A stretch of DNA of 64,000 bases, taken from NCBI GenBank assembly GCA_965199825.1, contig OZ241329.1, forward strand, positions 2,496,001 through 2,560,000. The letters run 5' to 3'. This stretch comes from Bdellovibrionales bacterium (lineage in GTDB: Bacteria > Bdellovibrionota > Bdellovibrionia > Bdellovibrionales > UBA1609). Shown here one piece after another: positions 57,561 to 64,000 of this stretch (position 1 is the stretch's first letter; each line of letters starts with the position of its first letter). The notes under the pieces were generated by a model. It was not told where the DNA came from. It saw nothing but the letters and a program-made list of their open reading frames with translations, and did no database searches. Both the position numbers and the translations under genes were made by a program.

Positions 57561-58760
57561 TCAATAGACCACGTGATGATGAAGGGCCTCATCTAGGCGA
57601 GGGTCGCGTATAGCGACCACACTGTGACGTGATAAAAAGTTTGAGACCATAAAAATAAAGCTACCCAAAAAGAGTAAAAACGCCGACACTTCGGGAATCC
57701 CAAACACTATCTCGTGTTCATTCATGCTGGGATAGGTCAGCCAAAACAAATCGACATACTCCATAACCAAAATCAGAACTGAGATCACAACCAAATGTGA
57801 CGAACTGCGCTTAGCCCAACGTGGAAGAAGAGCAAAGAACGGCACAATAAAGCGAAAGATTAAAAGCGCAAGACTCACGAGCACCCATGGCCCCTCGGAG
57901 CGCGGCAAGAAAAAAGTGGTCTCTTCGGGAAGGTTTGCATACCACATCAACATGTACTGGCTAAACGCGATGTAGGCCCAAAACACAGTAAAGGCGAAAA
58001 GGAATTTTGCCAGATCATGAATATGTTCCTCGGTCACAAAACCTTTGAGCTGATTTTTCATCATAATGGCCATGATAATCACAACAGCCATGGTCGCTTG
58101 AAACAATCCGCTAAAACAATAAACACCATAGATCGTCGAGAACCAATGGGGCTCAAGACTCATCAAAAGATCGATCGAAAAAAATGAATAGCTCAAAGCA
58201 AAAAGTAAAATAAAACCGATAGCAGTCTTTACCGATTTTATAGTGAGCTGAGGATCACCCGTTTTATCTTGCTCGGTAGATCGGCCCACAAGCACTTTTG
58301 AAAAATAAAGCCAGATGCCAAAAAATAAAATGCTGCGAACCCAAAAGAAAGTTTGATTGAGATAGCCCGCCTTATGCTGAAGCATTTCGTCTTTGGCCAC
58401 TTCGGCAGCGTTTAGCCATTCATACAAATGTTTTGCACCGAAAACCATAAACACGATCATCGCAACCGCTGCAAAAGGTAAAAATGCGGTGAGTGATTCG
58501 CAAAGCCTGCGGATGGTCACACTCCAACCTGCACTTGTCACATGTTGAAGGCAGGTAAAAAATAATCCGCCCAGACTTAAGGATACAAAATAAAACAGAG
58601 GTACAAGATAGGCATACCAAGCGCGATGTTGATCGCTACTTAATGAAAATAAAAATCCAGCAAGTCCTAAAAACATCAAGACTGCGGTGATGGTTTTAAT
58701 CTGCGCTGGAATGACAAGCGGTCCTGGAGAATTTAATTTTTTGATTTCAGTAGCCGACAT
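57561..58760 (-). CDS. actF: Alternative complex III membrane subunit ActF
   Basis: About 10 TM; AGWSVTIRR, DLLMSLEPHWFSTIYG, FWAYIAFSQYMLMWYANLPEE. Start at MSATE (58760). Confidence 0.9.
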   Translation of the reverse strand: MSATEIKKLNSPGPLVIPAQIKTITAVLMFLGLAGFLFSLSSDQHRAWYAYLVPLFYFVSLSLGGLFFTCLQHVTSAGWSVTIRRLCESLTAFLPFAAVAMIVFMVFGAKHLYEWLNAAEVAKDEMLQHKAGYLNQTFFWVRSILFFGIWLYFSKVLVGRSTEQDKTGDPQLTIKSVKTAIGFILLFALSYSFFSIDLLMSLEPHWFSTIYGVYCFSGLFQATMAVVIIMAIMMKNQLKGFVTEEHIHDLAKFLFAFTVFWAYIAFSQYMLMWYANLPEETTFFLPRSEGPWVLVSLALLIFRFIVPFFALLPRWAKRSSSHLVVISVLILVMEYVDLFWLTYPSMNEHEIVFGIPEVSAFLLFLGSFIFMVSNFLSRHSVVAIRDPRLDEALHHHVVY

Positions 58761-59314
58761 TAATTTCCTCCAGCGGATTTCTTTTGCATCGATCGCACAT
58801 AATTGACAATGGCCCAACGCTCTTTTTCGGTATGAATTTGGGTGGCATACATGCCCATCAAACCCTGACCATACGTGATGATGTGAAAGATGCGACCATC
58901 TTTATGAGTTTTAATTTTTTCAGACAAGAGTGAAGGCGGCTTGATCAACATTTTGGGCGCCACAATTCCGTCGCCCACCAAATTGGGCCCGTGGCACATA
59001 ATACAAAATGTTTCGTAGCGCGTTTTGCCTAAGTTTAAAATTTCTGGAGACATGTCGCCCGCATATGGATTTTTGATTTTCTCATTTGCGGCAAGAGCAT
59101 CGTTTTTATAAGGGACAAATTTAAATCCAATCGGATTGGTGTGCTCTGGAGGATAAAAGTTTGCCAGCATACCAGGACGATCTGGATCCCAGTCTTGGGC
59201 TTTGACATTAATCTGATCCATCATGTCTTGGATCAATTCGATATTAGTCTGATTTTTTGATCCATTACAAGCCGTCAACAACATGGCGGCGATGAATAAA
59301 CTAAAGCCCTTCAT
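58760..59314 (-). CDS. actE: Alternative complex III monoheme cytochrome c lipoprotein ActE
   Basis: Lipobox LTAC, CIMCH heme motif, ERWAIVNYVR. Confidence 0.9.
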   Translation of the reverse strand: MKGFSLFIAAMLLTACNGSKNQTNIELIQDMMDQINVKAQDWDPDRPGMLANFYPPEHTNPIGFKFVPYKNDALAANEKIKNPYAGDMSPEILNLGKTRYETFCIMCHGPNLVGDGIVAPKMLIKPPSLLSEKIKTHKDGRIFHIITYGQGLMGMYATQIHTEKERWAIVNYVRSMQKKSAGGN

Positions 59315-59317
59315 GAC

Positions 59318-59833
59318 TTAAAACTCCGTTTTCTTAATTTCCTGCGCGCCCAATTCCTGAAAGAGTTTTTCGATATTTTGGGCGTTGTAGGACACATCAT
59401 CTTCGGGAACAAACAATCCAAATTTGTGCGAGGTCAATGCAGGATCAATAATTGGCGGGTCAATTTTGGGAAGGCCACAAATCGCAAAAAGGGCACCCAC
59501 CGATGTGAGCGCTGCAAATAGAATGGTGCACTCAAATACTACAGGAATAAATGCGGGCAAACTCCACATTGGTTTTCCACCAACGATAATTGGCCAGTCC
59601 ACAGCCGAAGCCCACCATGTAAACCAAAGTCCAAAGGCGCATCCCGCAAGGCCTGCCACAAATGTGATCCAAGGAATAAACGAGCGTGGGATACCCATTG
59701 CTTCATCAATCCCGTGAAGTGGAAAGGGAGAGATCGCTTCAAACTTTTTAAATCCAGCTTCGCGTGTACGGCGAGCTGCTTCAACAAATTCGTGTTCATC
59801 CAGCCAGAGGCCTGCAATTCCTTTTTTAACCAT
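59318..59833 (-). CDS. actD: Alternative complex III subunit ActD (DUF3341)
   Basis: [31 protein letters not shown]. Confidence 0.9.
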   Translation of the reverse strand: MVKKGIAGLWLDEHEFVEAARRTREAGFKKFEAISPFPLHGIDEAMGIPRSFIPWITFVAGLAGCAFGLWFTWWASAVDWPIIVGGKPMWSLPAFIPVVFECTILFAALTSVGALFAICGLPKIDPPIIDPALTSHKFGLFVPEDDVSYNAQNIEKLFQELGAQEIKKTEF

Positions 59834-61187
59834 GTTGATCCTCACCTTCTTTACCGAACCTCAGTACGGGTTTTATTTCTGCAATCGAAATCGCAGGAAG
59901 GGTGCGAATGTAGAGCATAAAAATAAGTAAGAACATGCCAAAACTTCCAAACAGCGCACCAAAATCATACATGGTCATACGAAACATTCCCCAGTTTGAG
60001 GGAAGAAAATCGCGATGTAGACTTGTGACCACAATCACAAACCGCTCAAACCACATTCCGATATTGACGAAAATGCTAATCACAAACATCACCGGAATAC
60101 TGCGACGAATTTTTTTAGACCAAAACAACTGAGGAATGATCACATTGCAAGTGACCATAATCCAATACGCCCAAGCATAGGGCCCAAAGGCACGATTCAA
60201 AAACACAAAGCCTTCATAAGGAGACCCTGAGTACCATGCGATAAAGAATTCAGATCCATAGGCATAACCCACCATCATCCCTGTGGTCATGATGATCTTA
60301 TTCATCGCTTCCATATGATCAAGAGTGACGTAGTCTTTAAACTTGGGCACAAAAATGCGTACCAAAGTCATCAAGGTCACAACCATTCCAAAGCCCGAAA
60401 AAATCGCACCGGCAACAAAGTAAGGTGGAAAAATCGTGGTGTGCCATCCCGGAAGTTGAGCCACCGCAAAATCAAACGAAACGATCGAGTGAACAGACAA
60501 AACCAGTGGAGTCGAAAGGCCTGCGAGCAACATATAAACCATTTCGTAATGATTCCAGTTGCGTGCGGTCCCTCTCCAACCGAGTGACAAAGCACCGTAG
60601 ATCAAACGGCGAATTTTATTTCTCGCACGATCTCTAACGGTTGCTAAGTCAGGAACAAGTCCCACATACCAAAACACCGCTGAGACTGTGGCATAGGTCG
60701 ATACCGCGAACACATCCCAAACAAGGGGCGATCTGAAATTCACCCAAAGAGGTCCACGTTGGTTGGGATAAGGCAAAAGCCAATAAGCAATCCAAGGTCG
60801 ACCGGTGTGAAGAATCGGAAAAAGTCCTGCGGTCATGACCGCAAATACAGTCATCGCCTCAGCGGTGCGGGCAATCGAAGTCCGCCATTTTTGGCGAAAC
60901 AAAAAGAGCACTGCAGAAATCAAAGTTCCCGCGTGACCAATCCCAATCCAAAACACAAAGGTGATAATGTCTGTTCCCCACATTACCGGATGGGTCACAC
61001 CCATTAAGCCCATTCCCACTGCGACAATTGCTGTCATGCAGGCGATGTAGAGCAGAAACAAAACATTGATTCCCATCAGCGCGGTCCAATACCGCGGCCC
61101 AGGAATTTGTTCGATCAATTCACAGATGTCGTCTGTGACATCTTTATAAGTCTTATTTCCTAAGACTAATGGGTTGCGCTTTATCAT
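59826..61187 (-). CDS. actC: Alternative complex III quinol-oxidising subunit ActC (NrfD family)
   Basis: [49 protein letters not shown]. Confidence 0.93.
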   Translation of the reverse strand: MIKRNPLVLGNKTYKDVTDDICELIEQIPGPRYWTALMGINVLFLLYIACMTAIVAVGMGLMGVTHPVMWGTDIITFVFWIGIGHAGTLISAVLFLFRQKWRTSIARTAEAMTVFAVMTAGLFPILHTGRPWIAYWLLPYPNQRGPLWVNFRSPLVWDVFAVSTYATVSAVFWYVGLVPDLATVRDRARNKIRRLIYGALSLGWRGTARNWNHYEMVYMLLAGLSTPLVLSVHSIVSFDFAVAQLPGWHTTIFPPYFVAGAIFSGFGMVVTLMTLVRIFVPKFKDYVTLDHMEAMNKIIMTTGMMVGYAYGSEFFIAWYSGSPYEGFVFLNRAFGPYAWAYWIMVTCNVIIPQLFWSKKIRRSIPVMFVISIFVNIGMWFERFVIVVTSLHRDFLPSNWGMFRMTMYDFGALFGSFGMFLLIFMLYIRTLPAISIAEIKPVLRFGKEGEDQHG

Positions 61188-64000
61188 GAGTGATGTCCCT
61201 CGTGACCAGTTTCAGCATTGCGAATTTTTGATAAATAATGAAGTGCCGGTTGAGTGTTGAGCTCTCCCAATACCGCATAATTTCTTTCGGAGTGAAAGAG
61301 CTTAGCAACAGCACTCTCGGGATCTTTTAGATTTCCGAAGGTGATTGCATTTGCGGGACAGGTTTGCTGACACGCGGTTTTTACTTCGCCATCGTGAACT
61401 TTACGATCTTGAAGTTTAGCCGCTTGTTTAACTTCCTGAATGCGATGAGTGCAAAAGGTGCACTTTTCCATCACCCCTCGCGAGCGAACAGTGACTTCGG
61501 GATTGAGCGCATTGTGCAAAGGTTTTTCGACCGTTTTGACATAGTTAAACCAATTAAACCGTCTGACTTTATAAGGGCAATTGTTTGAACAATATCGCGT
61601 TCCCACACAACGGTTGTAAATCATATCGTTGGTGCCTTCATCCGAGTGCACGGTTGCAAGCACGGGACACACAGTCTCGCAGGGTGCGTTGTCACAATGT
61701 TGACAGGTCATAGGCTGAAACACCGCCTGAGGCTCTTCGGGTGTCCCTGTGTAGTAGCGATCGATGCGGATCCAATGCATCTCGCGCCCTTTAAGAACAT
61801 ATTTTTTGCCGATGGTCGGAATATTATTTTCAGACTGACACGCAATCACACAAGCCGAACAGCCCGTGCACGTATTGAGATCAATCACCATCCCCCATTT
61901 GTATTCGGGGTATTGATGTTCACTCCAGATCGAGCGAATTTTTTCGCGATGAATATTTGCCGAAGGATTTTTTTTGTATTGAGCAAGGGTGGCCTCAATC
62001 ACAATTTCGCGGCCTTCCATCGAGTGATGATCTTGGGTGGCGGCAAGCTCATATTTTTCGCCCGTTTTTTCAAACTTGGCATTGAGCCCTGAGTAAACGG
62101 TCAAACCATTTTTAAAACTTGATAAGGGATAGGCATTTACACCCACATTGTTGGCGATTTTGCCAAAACCGGTGCGACCATAACCCACCGCTAGACCAAG
62201 AACGCCATCGGATTGACCTGGCTGAATATGAATCGGTGCAGTCACCGTTTGCTCACCGACAGTGAGCTTGATCATATCGCCTTCTTTTAATTTTTCTTTT
62301 TTGGCATCTGAGGGAGAAAAACAAACATAGTTGTCCCAACAAATTTTTGTAACAGGATCTGGAAATTCTTGAAGCCATGAGACGTTGGCCAAAGTGCCGT
62401 CGGCCAAACCCACAGTCATAAAGAGGGCTAATTCATAGCCTGATTGTTTCTTTATTTCTTTAAAAGCTGGCGTGAGGTCAGGTGCATGCGAGCTATTGGT
62501 GGTCGAAGTTTTGGTGTTGACCACTCCTGTTTGCAGAAGTTGATCCCAAGCGGTTTCAAAATCTCCCGTTTTTGCTTTAGGGAAAATATCGGTCTTCCAA
62601 TAATTTCTTAAATATTCGTAGGCGTCGGCAACATCCTTCATGCGCGCAGGCACATGCTCCGACTTTTTGCTCCACTGAATCATGTTGTCTTCAAAACTGC
62701 GCGAATTGTAAAGCGGACGAAGGGTGGGCTGTTGAATGCTGTATACTCCAGCCTGAATTTCGGCGTCGCTCCAAGCTTCAACCGGATGATTCACCGCCAA
62801 AACATAATCAGAGATTTGGCCTGTTTCATCCATACGGTCTTCAATGTAGATCACAGTTTTGGCTTTTCGGAGAGCCTCGGTCACTTTTAAATCGGCTGGA
62901 GCGCTATAAACTGGATTTGATTTATAAATGATTACGGTTTGATAGCGTCCAGACTGAATGCCTTTTACTAACTGCTCAAGATCTTGAGAAGTGGTCATCC
63001 GACCAGCAGTAGACAATCGACCATCAAAGCTATTGGTGTCGTTTTCTAAAGCCGCATTAAGAAAATTCACCGCGGCCTGGAGTTCGGCAGCGTTTTCGGT
63101 TTGGGTGACCATTCCGCCGGCAAGTACCGCAGATTTTCCGCGATTGCGCCACAAGTCTTCGGCAATCTTTTTAAATGCGGCTTTTGGAATATTGAGTTCG
63201 GCCGCAGCATTCGAATATTTTTGTAAAGCGCTGCTCACTTTTGAATCCGAAGCAAAGCGCGACACTTTTTGGGTGTTAATCAACTCAGCAAGCAAACCTA
63301 AAACAACACTGACTTGTTGTGAGGGCTTGATTCGATATCGCTCGTCGGCATTTAAACCTGTTAATGAAACCAACGATTCGAAAGAAACAAGTTTGGTCAT
63401 ATCACCTGAAGGACTGCGAGCCGCCGAAAACTTTTTGGTAAATTCGGTTGGCGCGAGGTAAGTTCCAAGAAAATCACAGTCAATGCTCACAACATAACGG
63501 GCTTTATCAAGCTGAGGTGCCGCAAAACTACTGCGACCAAAAGATTGCTTTTGGCCAAGTGCTGCACTCTCAAGACCCGTTGCTTCCCATAACAACCAAT
63601 CGGCTTTATAGGCCGAACAAAAATCGGTGAGAGCTTGCCTGGCTGTGGGCGAACTCATTCGCCCGGTGAGAACTGCAACTTTGCCTTCTTTTAAGAGATC
63701 AGGAATTTCTTTATCAACTTTTTCCCATGAGGCTTCGATCGTATCGCGATTCGATTTTTTTTGATTTTGCAGATTCTTTTTTGGACCATTCAAACGATCG
63801 GGATCCCACACACTCAACACATGGGCATTGGCGCGTGCAGACAGTGATCCTAAGTTTGAGGGATGATCGGGATTTCCTTCGATTTTGATTGGCCGACCCT
63901 CGCGAGTCTTAACAATTGTTCCAAATCCTTCGATCGAATCGACATAAGAAGAGGTGTAGTAGTTTGCGATCCCAGGAATAATTTCGATTGGTGCTTTGGC
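61184..64000 (-). CDS. actB: Alternative complex III subunit ActB (molybdopterin-oxidoreductase-like plus Fe-S), 5'-truncated by the window
   Basis: Frame is open to the window edge ([14 protein letters not shown]); [46 protein letters not shown]. Confidence 0.93.
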   Translation of the reverse strand, partial: AKAPIEIIPGIANYYTSSYVDSIEGFGTIVKTREGRPIKIEGNPDHPSNLGSLSARANAHVLSVWDPDRLNGPKKNLQNQKKSNRDTIEASWEKVDKEIPDLLKEGKVAVLTGRMSSPTARQALTDFCSAYKADWLLWEATGLESAALGQKQSFGRSSFAAPQLDKARYVVSIDCDFLGTYLAPTEFTKKFSAARSPSGDMTKLVSFESLVSLTGLNADERYRIKPSQQVSVVLGLLAELINTQKVSRFASDSKVSSALQKYSNAAAELNIPKAAFKKIAEDLWRNRGKSAVLAGGMVTQTENAAELQAAVNFLNAALENDTNSFDGRLSTAGRMTTSQDLEQLVKGIQSGRYQTVIIYKSNPVYSAPADLKVTEALRKAKTVIYIEDRMDETGQISDYVLAVNHPVEAWSDAEIQAGVYSIQQPTLRPLYNSRSFEDNMIQWSKKSEHVPARMKDVADAYEYLRNYWKTDIFPKAKTGDFETAWDQLLQTGVVNTKTSTTNSSHAPDLTPAFKEIKKQSGYELALFMTVGLADGTLANVSWLQEFPDPVTKICWDNYVCFSPSDAKKEKLKEGDMIKLTVGEQTVTAPIHIQPGQSDGVLGLAVGYGRTGFGKIANNVGVNAYPLSSFKNGLTVYSGLNAKFEKTGEKYELAATQDHHSMEGREIVIEATLAQYKKNPSANIHREKIRSIWSEHQYPEYKWGMVIDLNTCTGCSACVIACQSENNIPTIGKKYVLKGREMHWIRIDRYYTGTPEEPQAVFQPMTCQHCDNAPCETVCPVLATVHSDEGTNDMIYNRCVGTRYCSNNCPYKVRRFNWFNYVKTVEKPLHNALNPEVTVRSRGVMEKCTFCTHRIQEVKQAAKLQDRKVHDGEVKTACQQTCPANAITFGNLKDPESAVAKLFHSERNYAVLGELNTQPALHYLSKIRNAETGHEGHHS

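Overview
Bacterial chromosome segment, most likely from a Bdellovibrionota (Bdellovibrio-like) organism. This is an inference from the mevalonate cluster beside rplT/pheS, an alternative complex III operon, a GNVGIGT-repeat fibre protein and many secreted orphans. The right third (43.7-64 kb) is housekeeping, almost all on the minus strand: actB-C-D-E-F, thrS-infC-rpmI-rplT, a five-gene mevalonate/IPP cluster, an inverted TrmH-family gene, pheS-pheT-ihfA-MerR and tRNA-Pro(GGG). The left two thirds are largely accessory. They hold an HNH nuclease gene with a repeated 10-bp motif, a 1568-aa fibre adhesin coupled to a tandem-LamG protein, a DUF2156 protein with reversed domain order, CPBP and trypsin proteases, and a five-gene operon of exported unknown proteins behind a sigma54-type promoter. 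They also hold a two-gene glucose/GlcNAc-class PTS, TolC plus two RND pumps with no adaptor gene, a GH16 lipoprotein, a clan CD peptidase and a DUF2844/DUF3443 pair. The best candidates for undescribed biology are the GCGGGCACGA motif in and beside the HNH gene, the sigma54 secreted operon, and a pair of inverted multi-hairpin elements between infC and rpmI. All calls are by eye from motifs; no searches were run.
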